Origin: Magallana gigas
Lineage: Eukaryota
DNA: 64,000 nucleotides
NCBI RefSeq assembly: GCF_963853765.1
Contig: NC_088858.1
Location: 2,976,001 to 3,040,000 of the forward strand
Reading direction: 5' to 3'
The notes beneath the pieces are model-generated. The model was not told the DNA's origin, did no database searches, and saw nothing but the letters and a program-made list of their open reading frames with translations. The position numbers and the translations under genes are program-made. The first letter of the stretch is position 1. Each line of letters starts with the position of its first letter. This document shows, piece after piece, positions 12,705-25,173 of this stretch.

Positions 12705-14807
12705 GATATATATGTATCAATTGTTTTTATTCAGTATTGTCCATCAAAGAAAGTAGATTTTCCATTAAAATCTCAACTAAAACATTCTTTACTGTAAATT
12801 CATCGTAATTCTTGAGAGCCAATATTTTGTAGGGATCAACTGTTTTATAGGTTCATGGGAATGTAATCTCATGTTTTTCTGTGTACAATTTCAGGATTTG
12901 CTGGTCAAGATAACTGTTGAACTTTACAAAGTTTCAAAAATTTGATAAAAATAAAGGTCAATCAAAAATCAGCTAACTAAACAGGTGTACAGAAGTACAT
13001 GAAATCTTCTTTCCAAAACGATTAAATCAGCTTTATAGAAAATAAATTCTATTGTATGTAGAACATGCACTTATTCATCTATGATGAAAGTTAACCCTGA
13101 AAGTATGACATCCTTTCATGAAAGCTTAATACAACTCCTATAAATAAGACATTGTCTGCCATATTTTTTTTCCCTCACCACTCTACCTACAAACCCTATA
13201 TATAAGCCACAGAACTCATAACAGTTGAAAGTATTTAGCTGTGGAGGTCTTGCCTGTATGGACGTATATATACATGTATATCTAACATCAGCAAGTAACT
13301 TGGAGGCAATGATATCAAATTTTATGCATTTATTTTAAGCACTGAGAAGAGTGTCAATGAATCATTTACAAATAGAATATACCGGTACACAAAAAATAGA
13401 AATTACTCAATACTGGTACACAAAATCTGTAAGCCAATATAGGGAATACCTCACATCAGAAACCTGTGTGAATGTTTGGTGCCGAATTACGAGGCGTTCA
13501 ACTTTTATTCCTCCCACATCAGCTACCCCCCTCGCACTAACATCCGTGCCAACGAAAGATATTTAATATAAATTGTAGAACTTGTTTATCAATCGTTGCA
13601 AAACAAAGTTTATTCATTCAATTATACATGGCCTTTCGGCCCTGTGTAATTTTTGTAGAACTTTTTGATGACCAAGATTCTGTGATTCTATGTCTTTAGT
13701 TTATGTTTGTTATTGACCTTTTCATGACCTGATCCTCCCTTGGAATCCACACAATGCAAGATGCATGTCCTCACAACTGTGGCCTGTATACCAATATGCT
13801 TTGAACAGTTAATAAGTTTGTGGCTTATATAGGGATTGTATGGATAGTAGGCAGGAAAGAGAACATGGTGACAATGCTTTTTACTAGTGGCAGTTTTCTG
13901 CTTGTCATGTCAAATGACTTTCTCAGAAAGGCCCATGGTCACTATCTGAAGATTCTGAGTTGAAATGTTTCATATATTGTGATAATTCAGATCCTTTGGA
14001 TCAAGGATTTTATCTTGTGTTTAATAGAATCTCATTAGGAATTTACATATAAAATGAAAACAAAAACCATCTTTTATATTTTTATTTTTAGCAGTTTAAG
14101 AGTATTTTGTAAAATATTTTGCCACACAGAATTTGAGCTAAATGTTTTTTGAAAATAGTCATAAAGCGTCCAAGAATCTTACAACTTCAAGTGCATGTGT
14201 ACTGTCACCCAAAACTTGTTTAATAGTGGGACCTATATCTCGGGTCTAAGTCATGGTGAAATGTAAGTACACATCAAACATTAAGTAACAACAAATTTGA
14301 TGTAGTTTACAACAAACATAATCAGGCACAAATAGTTATGTACAAATACATGTATTTACACTATTTACAAATGGAGACATAATTTCTAAACTTTTGGTCA
14401 TAAAATTGTTACATCAGGAATAAATAAACCTAATCGCACATCACTAGATGAAATGCTGAATTAAATGTAAAATGATAATACTTCTACAGCCCTGAGAAAA
14501 CTGTATTGCCACCAAACTCAAAAATAAACAATGAACAAATATCAATTAAAATCCTACATTTGTATTGTATACATTTCCCTAAAATAAATTTCACCATCAT
14601 TAAACAATTTTGTTGTTGTAAAAACATTACTTTACTAAAAAAAAAAAAAACAACTAAAAAATCATTATACATAACATTAAAAATAAGAATGATTCTGACA
14701 GAGATAAAATGGGATAAAAATCTTTAAAAAATAATTTTACTACACTTTACATTAAAACATGACTGACAGGAATAAAACTTTTTGGCATGTGTCTGTAATG
14801 GCTGCGC

Positions 14808-17800
14808 TCAGTAAACGAGGGGGCAGATTCTGTACTTGACACGCTCACAGTAACGGTCCCAGCTGGCTTTGTATTTCTTAGCACAGTGCTCGGAGTCCCT
14901 CATTTCTCGGTGGACCAGCAGGATTGTGAAGTACACAGGATAGAAGTAGGGCAGGGGTGTACTGGAACCTACACAAGGACAAAAATCATGTATTACTGGA
15001 GCCGTAACACCCTAGACTACAAAATAACTCAATATTACTGGATCCAAAACACCCCCTAACCAGACTACAAAATAACTATGCAACAAATGTAGCATCTTAT
15101 TCAATCATTGCATTATGTTTCATAATGTACTGTAAACATATTATATTTAGCCTCTACGATATTTGGCGGAATATGATTTTTGAACATGTTAGCGTGGATT
15201 TGATATAGCGCATTTCTGATTGTGCTTATTTATCTACTTATATATTTTACATTTGGCGGTATCCTTGATTAATTGGCCAGCGTTTTCCACCAAAAACGCT
15301 AAATAGAATACACAGCCAAATGTAATACGTTTACAGTATTTACAAGTGTTTATAAATCATGAAAAATAACTAGAAAAAAAAAAATTCATTATAAACCTAA
15401 ATTAAACATACAATGATTCAAGACATTTGTTTCTTTACTTTAATATATTGCTATTGTTATTGATGCTGCATGGAGACTTGATTTCAATCGTTAGAACACC
15501 TACCACATGCCAGGGACCAGGACAGAGCCATCAAGATGTCTCCAAAGTAATTCGGCTTCCTACACATTCCCCACCATCCTGACACCAACAGCTTCTTTCC
15601 AGTTGAGGTGGGGATCGTCTCCAAATCTGAAAGACAGTAAAAATGTTTCTTTATTACTTTGCAATAAAATATTTTTATTCCTGTTTTATTTATTAATGAT
15701 TGGATTTTCTGAAGCTGACCATGAAGTAAACTTACGTGCTAGCTCTGGGTTGTAGGGGTTCTTCCTGAACTCATTTTTCTGAGAGTTGCTGCCCCTGAAG
15801 ATTGTATAGCCAACCACTACGAACAAAAATTTTGTTAAAAAATACAATGAATACAGTGTACAGGGTTACACAGGGGAGACTACTGGATTTCAATCACAAA
15901 TTAAAAGACAACTTTATTGTTTTCCCAGTTGCCACTGTACTAGTATGTAGCTATCTTAAACAAACCCCCTCCATTTCCCCCTCACGTCTAAGAAAAAAAT
16001 TTCAATGGGTTAACATCAAACCTAATGCCCAGTACACAAGGAATTTGACATTTCTTGACCTCATTGGGGTAAATGGCATAGTTCTAACTTGGTAAATTGG
16101 TCTTGGTATCACAATGTTTAAGATACACTTACTGTTTAGGATTGCGATTCCAGCCAGACAGTACCAGGGGAGAGAGTCGCCATGTTCTTGCAGGAATCGG
16201 GTCTGTAAGCAATACAGGAATGGCACCCACACCAAGTCCCCAAACACCAACATAAAACCAAAGCCGTCCGTAATGATGTCCATTGTAGTCAAAATAGCAT
16301 CCTGTGATTTCAATCAAAGAATTAATTATGGCATAAAGAACTGACGAACAGTTGTTAAAACAAAACAGAACACTATCAGTTTTAAGTTCCAATGAATTCA
16401 GAATACTACGCTTCTACATGTAACTTCAAATTAAAGCAAAACACATTCAGCTTCCATGCATATCTTGATATGTAAATTCCAAAGAATGTTGACTGGAGAG
16501 CAGGTTGAACTAGAAGTACTGTGAGCAAGCTCACAATTGATACCCCCCGCTAAGATAAAAATCATAATGCGTGTATTTTTCCAATTATAGAAAATATTGG
16601 ATGAATCTATTTCACTGTCTATTTTCTTTAAATAACAACTGCTCTATTTTTTTTAAAACTGTTGGTCATAAGCAATATTTGTGTGAAGTCAGAACATTCA
16701 ATGCTTCTCCATAAGAAAGATAATGACCAGACACGAATTTTGCACTTTTTCTGCCCTTGACCTTGCCCAAATGACCTTGGGTCAAGGTCATGACACACCC
16801 TTTGGTCCTAAGCAATATTTGTGTAAAGTTAGAACATTCAATGCTTCTCCATAAGAAAGATAATGACCGGACACGAATTTTGCACTATTTTTCCAACGAC
16901 CTTGACCTTGCCCAAATGACCTTGGATCAAGGTCATGACACACCCTTAGGTCATAAGCAATCTTTGTGTGAATTAAGAACTTCCAATGTTTCTCCATAAG
17001 AAAGATATGGGCCGGACACAAATTTTACACTTTTTCTGCCAGTGACCTTGACCTTGCCTCAATGACCTTGGGTCAAGGTCATGACACACCCTTAAGTCAT
17101 AAGCAATCTTTATGTGAAGTAAGAACTTCCAATGTTCCTCCATACGAAAGATATGGACCGGACACGAATTTTTGTATTTTTTCTGCCAGTGACCTTGACC
17201 TTGCCCAAATGACCTTGGGTCAAGTCATGACACACCCTTAGGTCATAAGCAATCCTTGTGTGAATTAAGAACTTCCAATGTTTCTCAATAAGAAAGATAT
17301 GGACCGGACACGAATTTTGTATTTTTTCTGCCAGTGACCTTGACCTTGCCCGAATGACCTTGGGTCAAGGTCATGACACACCTTTAGGTCATAAGCAATC
17401 TTTGTGTGAAGTAAGAACTTCCAATGTTTCTCCATAAGAAAGATATGGACCGGACACGATTGCATAGACAGACGGACGGACAGACGGACAAGGTAATTCC
17501 TATATACCCCCCAAACTTCGTTTGCAGGGGGTATAATTAGTGTGAATGTTGTTAACTTGTTATACTAACCTCAAACCAGAGAGCATCAGCCACATAGAGG
17601 GCTTGGAAAGCGACCACCATGGTGAGGGCTGGGGGAAAGGTGCCAGTCTTTTGGTAAGCCTCAGTCAGGAACACCAGGTTAATCATCAACCAACCAATCA
17701 GACCGGGCCGCAGCTCACAGAAAAACTTCAGGTCAAAGCTACCAATCCGTGGATTCAGCTCATGTCCAATGAAGAAATCATACAGGACATTTCCTGCAGC

Positions 17801-20318
17801 AGAAACATGTTTGTAAAGGTTAGGGAAAATTGTTGACTTTCTATGCAAGGCTGTCAGATACATGACATTTACAGCCAATTCTCTCTGCAATAGCTTAAAA
17901 GAGTCTATCAAATGTAAACAATTCAATGCATTTAAAAGTAATTTAGTAAACAATATCCTAAAAATGCATGATCTTCTCTTATCATTTCACAGCAATGTTT
18001 ACCTGTGTTCCCTCCCGGGGCGAGCTTGCTGTTGGGGCCACGCCTGGCCTTGATGTACAACAGGACACTCATCACGAAGGAGAAGATTGTTCCTGTGGTG
18101 ATCAAAGCGATGAACTTTTCATGAACTTTCTTCACTGGGTATCCCAAGTACACCGCTCCACCAAATGCAGCCAAACTGATCAACATGGCATAAAACCCTA
18201 GAAAAGAGTCAACTATATTAGATTCTAATGAAAAAATTTCATGCATAAATCTTCAAATTTAAACAGCTTCTTTTTTGCTCATCTACTAATTTTCAAGGAC
18301 TTTCTGCTCTTATCTTTGTAAGCCTTCTTGGTCCATAATTGGAATAAAATTATCTGATACCTACAACTTTTATCTCCCTTACCATTACATCTATACACAA
18401 GTTTCTCTCCTGACCTCAAAGGTTGACCTTTGACAAGTCGTCCAATGGGAAGCAGATAAATGAAAGCTTGGAAAGCGATCCAGCCCAGGTATATGGCGGC
18501 TGCCTCCCAATCAAAGAACAGCTTCAGGTTGGTTGGAATCTTCATCTTTCGGGGCTTACAGCTTTTCTGGAATCGACAAGCAATTTCTACATACATTGTA
18601 TTTGTATGTAATGCACCTTGTTTAACAAGGTTCTGATTACTTATATAAGATTCTTAAGTCTATAAAATGATGACACTAACTAAATTTTAAATAATTGCAA
18701 ATCATACCAAGATCAACTTAGTAGGAGGTTTAACACACTAGGGCTGTTATTTTTTTAACCAACCTTGCAATAAAACCTGGCTATTAGAAAGCCTGAATAT
18801 TTAAAATCCTTTATCCAATTAATGACATCACCCTTTGTTCAACATCAAATAAAGCTCACCTCGTCACACATGATGTTCAGTCCGTACACAGTGATGGGCA
18901 GCAGAAACAGCATGAAGAATGAGCCGATGGCTCCCCCGAACTCACGATGAGTTGTCTTGGGGACTCGCTTAGACTTATCCATTGATGGAAGAGCTTCCAA
19001 GGGTTCCTTAAATTCTGGATCTTTTGCCTAAGAATTACAAAAAATTCATGTTTAAGTTAGTCTCATTAAGCTCATTTGTCACAAACTAAACTGAACATAT
19101 ACTGTAGCTTTCGATCATCAAGAATGAAATTATACAAAGAACACAGACTTTGAGGGGAATTTTTTTCATGAGTTCTATTTACACTTTGCATTTTACAATA
19201 TAAAATGTGTAAGTAAGTAACATTAGATGCAAGAGGTTTGCACTGAAGCAACAAGTCAGAGAGCAAGGCAAGTCCTAGGTTATGACACAGAATTAAATCA
19301 TATTTGATGTTAAAATCCAATTAAAGACCCAAACAGAATCCATGATAAACAAGCTACTAGTGCTGTTGTCTTTTCTTGATTGAAAAAAGGTTAATGACAA
19401 AATATAGCAAGTTTGTGCCTATTACCAGGAATGATACCAACAGTAAATGATACATTTTCTTTTTACACAGACCATAACAAGAAAAGTTTGCTCTGTGTAT
19501 ATCTAACAACAGTAAGATTTATTTATTGATGGAAGAGCTTCCAAAGGGTTTCTTGAATTGATCATTATTCAAATGGCATGAGCACAGAACTCTCATCTGC
19601 TTTTATTTAACAGAGTTATCCCACTGTAGGCATTGTACCTTGTTCTCCAGTCTGGCTGACCGTCTGGTAGGGGTGACAGCTCGCTCCACCGATCGTCCAC
19701 GCCTGGCTGGGGACTGAGGTTTTCCCCTGGTAGGAGTGTCAGCTTTGGACCTTGCTGGTGAAGCAGTCTTGGTGCGGGCGGGGGATCGTGTCTTTCTCTC
19801 TGCAGAGGGAGGCGACTTCAGAACTTTTCTGCTCCGACTTCGTGAACGACTTCTTGACCGACTTCTAGATGAAGACTTGGATGTGGACCTCTTACCCTGT
19901 GAAACACAGTTTAATAAAGGTTTTATTTTAACTGATCCTTGTCAAAAAGCACAGCACATGTTCTTGAAATTATTATCTCATTTTTCAAATACCGGATAAT
20001 ATGTACATAACCACTGTAATCCTTGCATTAATTACATTTTTTGTTATCATTATGAAAGATCAGTTTCATAACCATACTAAAGTGGGCAAAGTTCAAAGAT
20101 CTTATTTGTTTTTGCTTAAACAAAAAAAAATCATTTAATATTCAGTGCATTACATTTAATTCACTCTTACCTGAATGTATTAAGTAAGGTGCATGTAATT
20201 ACATGTGCTTACGGTAGAAGAGAACTTTAAACACAAACCATGTGACTAACACAACAGGAAATTCCCTTTCTAAATATAACCCTGAACTCTGTTTACTCAC
20301 TTTTCTTGGTGATGGCAT
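14808..20318 (-). CDS. LBR: Lamin B receptor / delta(14)-sterol reductase (ERG4/ERG24 family), 10 coding exons, 526 aa
   Basis: Exons 20318-20301 (MPSPRK), 19896-19639 (RS/SP-rich), 19027-18860 (EFGGAIG), 18566-18383, 18197-18003, 17793-17570 ([22 protein letters not shown]), 16301-16133 ([24 protein letters not shown]), 15816-15736 (SNSQKNEFR), 15626-15504 ([14 protein letters not shown]), 14968-14808 ([15 protein letters not shown]). 1581 nt, phases consistent. Confidence 0.93.
16508..17538. mobile_element. Helentron-associated non-autonomous element (HINE-like) carrying a 146-bp satellite, in an LBR intron
   Basis: Left end AACTAGAAGTACTGTGAGC...TACCCCCC. About 5.5 units of 140-146 bp containing GTGACCTTGACCTT (unit starts 16664, 16804, 16949, 17095, 17241, 17387). 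GACA/GACG microsatellite at about 17466-17490. Terminal hairpin TATACCCCCC...GGGGGTATA at about 17503-17536. This layout is known for bivalve Helentron-associated elements. Confidence 0.75.
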
Positions 20319-21210
20319 CCTTGTAGAATTTGTACAAACAAACTAGAAAATCAACAACAACAGCAATTTAAGATTTCATAATTTAAAATATTCTCTTAGG
20401 CAATATAGATTTCTTGGTTTCAAGATTAAATATTATTTGGGTTTTTTTTATTTAATAAACACTACTATACAATTTTTAACAAATCTTAAATAATACATGC
20501 ATTTAAATAACAACATTAAAAAATTTAATAACAATATATCTGTCAACACAGAGAAAGGGTGTGATATACGGTATAGGTCATTGAGTAAAAATAAGTTCTG
20601 ACCTGCATGACATTCTTTTAAAAAAATTCCCCGAATAACAACAGATCAAATTACAATCATAATTGTTCAGCATTTGTTCATGTTCTGTCAATTTTTTCCA
20701 TTCCAAAAACGTTACATTTTACTTCAATTTCTCGCGGAGTAAATTGCAAGTAGGCTAGTTTCTAAATGAATACTACATGTACTTTCAGTATGCCGTCTTT
20801 GAGAAACGAACACTGGACGTCTCGGCGTCAGACTATAGTATTTTTATAACTAACGTTACTCATGCTAAAAAGATTGTAAATTAAATGTGCATGCAACTTT
20901 TGTTTAAACGTTTAATATCAATTCTTAATACCCAGACTTGTCAGGGACGCATATGGATTTTAAAACATGTGGACAGCGTCATATGTAAACAGACTTGACA
21001 AAAGAGAAAGTGGACGCCTCATCGGAATCTCCATGTATAACATTAGTGTTGCAAGGTAACACTTACCTCTTAAATATGCAGATCTAAAATCTTGTTATAA
21101 ACAAGTTAAAATAATATTTCATTCATTAAAATCAAAAACGTAAACAAAGATTTAAAATTACCCTGAAAATCCTTTCTTCTTCCTGTGCTACTCAGGGGAC
21201 GCGATAGTAT

Positions 21211-21262
21211 GCTTGGCGGGCTGTAATTTGATTGGCTGTTTAGAAACCCCCCATTTGATTGG
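21211..21262 (-). promoter_or_regulatory. Candidate LBR promoter: two CCAAT boxes and an E2F-like site
   Basis: ATTGG at 21231-21235 and 21258-21262 (CCAAT on the minus strand) and TTGGCGGG at 21213-21220. They lie just upstream of a possible untranslated first exon (donor at about 21160; 5'UTR acceptor at about 20343). Confidence 0.4.
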
Positions 21263-21659
21263 TCGATTTTATTGCATCTATAGTTAGTTTCAATGTTAAA
21301 GAACCCCAAATTGCTATAGTGTATTTCAAAACCCCTAAGGACTCAAATGTCAAATAAACTTTGCATTCAATTCAATTATATTCCTGTATTTAATTCTTGT
21401 ATATTTACAAACTGAATATTTTTTATATCTAACCTCATGATTTGCTATGTCCAAACAGCTAGACTAGGCCTACTTTATATAACTTTCTTTGTAATGAATG
21501 AATTATGATTAGAACTATTCTTTTTTGAGAAGTGGACAGGCATAGCCTACATAGCTATGCCTCTCCTCTTCTGAAAAGAGAATAGATTGGAAACTGAATG
21601 AAGCTTTAAATGAAATGAAGATCATAATACCAGTGACGTAAATCCGTTAAATTGGAGGT

Positions 21660-22040
21660 GGCTAGCTATATATGAATTGCTCAATATTGGTAGAGTGCCT
21701 GACAGTCAGATTAGAGATTCAGGAGGCCAGTTCCAAGTTTTTGTCCATCATTATTTTTTCCATCCTGTTATATCTGGTGCCCAGACAGTGCACATGATCA
21801 ACCTGGAACTGACAGGTATAAATCCCGTTAGGGGAAAATAACCTGGGATGTTGATCCTCCAGTGCAAAGCTTATTTAAGATGGAAGAATGTGACGCCAAA
21901 CCGTTTTGATGACCTATGATATATATTAGCTCAACTGTTAAAACTGCAGTGAGTGCATAAGTGACCTCAAACTAGAAAAAAATCAGATTCAGGGGATCCA
22001 TGCTCAAATCCCCTGGTCTGATCTGTCATTAAATATCCCA
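21660..22040 (+). mobile_element. Degenerate tRNA-derived SINE
   Basis: Decayed A-box-like heads (TTGCTCAATATTGGTAGAGTGCCTGAC at about 21677, TAGCTCAACTG at about 21927) with no intact cloverleaf. Confidence 0.35.
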
Positions 22041-22387
22041 CTGTTATAATACTCAAATTACTTCATTTTCACTTTTTATGCGGTCTAGCTCTTCCTTTAT
22101 TTTAAATACTAGAATTTGTCGTCTTATACAGATCTATGAATAAAATAACAGCCACATATGTAGTGGTAAACTCACTCTGGAGCTAAATTCTCCCAAATTA
22201 TTGGTGAACATTTACGTGATCAGCAACTGTGCATTTTTTGCTGACACATTCCTCTCTTAAAGCAAATTGGGCTGTATTTTTGAGAATTTATAATGCTACT
22301 AAAACTTGTAATTAATATGATAATTCTGTTTGTAATCTTTATGTGTCATTAATGGGATGAAACAAATTGTTAAATCTTATAAATCAT

Positions 22388-22770
22388 AATGTAGTAAAAA
22401 AGGAGGAATGAGCCTATAAATGGAATGCCAATATATGGATGACCGGGAGTCGAACCCAGGACCCCTGCAACGCTATTCTAGATCTTTACCACTAACAACT
22501 ACCTAGGCTGATATATACAATTAATATAGCCAGACTACTGCATTCCTCCCTCCTTAAATGATCTTTGCCTTCAAAAATCACAGCAGGCTCTCTCTACTGA
22601 CAAGAGTTAGTCTGTCCAACCAGGGGTTGGTCACAGCACCAAATGTAGAAGGAAAGGAGGAATATAAGCATATAAGTACATTGAAAACATATGAGTGGAC
22701 CGGAAATTGAACCCTGGAACCTCTGCAACTCTACTCAGGAGCTCTACCACTGAGCTTCCCAGGCCAATAT
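22388..22770 (-). mobile_element. Two tandem tRNA-derived SINE units
   Basis: Minus strand shows a perfect B box GGTTCGACTCC (22446-22456) and a second head AGCTCAGTGGTAGAGC...GGTTCAATTTCC (about 22697-22765). Each head is followed by a related CTCCTTT..TACATT tail. Confidence 0.6.
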
Positions 22771-23149
22771 CCATGGTACATATAGCCCCAACTACTACAT
22801 TGATAAAGATTTCTGTACAATGGAATATATAATAGCAAATCAATTTTTGAACAGGACAAAAATAATTTCCATTTGCTTAAGAGCCTCTTAATAGCTTTTT
22901 CCATCAAATATGATTAATACAAGTTTACCATATAATTTTGTAGGTCATTTTAAAAGTAGATTTAAATTGCAATTCCTCAATACAATTTTCAACATGAAAG
23001 CTGCAGCTCATATTGCTTTGCTTGATCATTGTCCTAGAAGATCAACATCTCAGGTTTTTAAAATCCTCAGATGTAATCAAAACATTGTAAGTTCTAAATT
23101 GTGTCACCTAAATCTTTACAAAGTACATGTACAAATATGCTGTACCAAC

Positions 23150-23153
<4 letters not shown>

Positions 23154-23214
<61 letters not shown>
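23154..23214. repeat. (GA)n microsatellite
   Basis: About 30 perfect dinucleotide units. Confidence 0.95.
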
Positions 23215-23218
<4 letters not shown>

Positions 23219-25173
23219 AATAAAGATACTATGCACAACAAAATTTGAGTATCTAAAAAATGTTTTTTTAATGTCACTTTATTTTACTAGATTTTTCTCA
23301 CTTCATTATGATAAGCATCTTTGGTATTTTAACAAAACATTATACAATATCATTTGTCCATAATCATAGGGGGCCACTTTTCCAAGGTTCCTTGATTTAA
23401 AACTTGGATGTCAGACATTGTCTAGATAAAAAGCTTTACAATACAGTTAACCCTAATAATAACTAGGTCCAAAGGCTCAGTGCATTCACTTCACCATATC
23501 TGAAAATCTTTATATCCATATAATAAATTCATTATAAAAGTATAAAAAAATTCACAATATACATAACTTTCAGGTGAGTTCACTAAAGTATTGACCACCA
23601 ACAAGAAAAAATTAAACTTATTAAACTGTAAATTAAAAAAACATATTATTAATCAATTATTTTAGAAAAATACATGTCATTAAGGAATGAATTTAATTTT
23701 TACCCATGTTATATGAAATAACATAACTTTGGCAGTATACGATTTATAAACAACAAAACAGCTTGTAAAAAGTGTAAACAAGAAAATTCAACTTATTCCT
23801 TATAATTTAATTTTCTACAAATAAAAACAGAAAACAAGGCCTATTATTTTGAAAATGAGTTAAAATTTTTAAAATTTGTACAAAATTTAAATGTTAACAT
23901 CAAATGGATTAATATATTTTTCTCGCACGCCGTATTGGGGCATAAGCAAGTTATCTTATACAAATTGAATATAAATGAATTTGTTTTGCTTACCAAATGA
24001 GGCATTACAACCATAATAAGATTATTCAAACAAATTCTAAGTCTTGAGACCTTAAAACAATCTTTTTCAAGAGATGCAAATTTTGTTATTTTTTTCATAA
24101 ATAGAACTAAAATAACTTTCATCAGAGTTTGTTATAATGACAGCACTTTGCATATAGCTGTTAGAAACTCTGTGGGGGATTCAATAAATCTTTGCCACAT
24201 CTGTGGTTTCACCACTTTAATTGCCTTCCTACTTTATGAGTTTTACTGCATGTTTGAATTCAATAATTTTAACCAAGTACAAGTATCTGGTTATGATTCT
24301 GTTGATGGCAAATGAGCTGTCACTCAGCTGTGTACAACATGTACATGTACACATAAAGCAAAGACTAAATTAATTAACTGGCATTTTGATTGGGACTCTT
24401 AAAAATTACAGGATTAATATGAAACTTATCGTATAAATATGATGATTTCCTTTTTTTCCTTTTACCCGGGTATGTACATCTGATTACTGATCCATTTGAT
24501 AAACGAATATGACTGATTGCATGATTTAGAAAAGTAATACACCATGCTATATAAACAGAGCAAAAAATAATGATTTAAACAGTCTTTATCAAAACCATAC
24601 GGTCAATTGCTTTAAGTCAAGAACAATTGACTACAGAGCCAGTAAAATTGAAAATTGGATACTAGGTCTGACTTGCCTAGAGAATGGCAGGAGAAGTTGC
24701 ATTTGTTACACAGACGACAAAAATTTCAAAAAGTTGGAAATAACATACATAGTTTCTGATGTGATTTATTTGTTCATGTACAGGCACTATGGAGGACCTC
24801 CTATATCATCTTAAGGCCTGTGTCTTATAAAAGTTTTGGAGAAGAGTGCAAACATTTAATCAGAAGTACCTTACAACCAATAAATGCTAAGTTTAGGAAG
24901 CTATCCTTTTGACTGTAAAGTTCTAATGCCTCGGCTTTGAGTCAACAATATGTATAACAATTGAAATAAATACCTACATTATTAAAATAAGATTATGATA
25001 ATAGCACATAAATACTTCACAATATACGATAAGCAAGAAATCTGAAGAAAACCACAGATAATCTTGTCTGATTCTTTCTAGAATAGAATTGCTGTTACAG
25101 TGTCCACACTCCTTTCATTGTATCACTCAATCAATCACATGACCACTCTAAGACAAATTAAGATGTCACATGA

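Noticed and set aside
14975-15075. Possible acceptor-anchored repeat before the last LBR exon
   Set aside because: Two degenerate units of about 45-50 bp resemble each other, but their similarity to the real acceptor (ACTGGA core only) is too weak to count.
1334-20318. Lipid-metabolism gene cluster (two RDHs plus a sterol reductase)
   Set aside because: Adjacency alone is weak evidence in animals, and there is no sequence evidence of co-regulation.
22430-22510. tRNA gene
   Set aside because: The B box is perfect, but the acceptor and anticodon stems do not pair, and it is attached to a repeated SINE-like tail.
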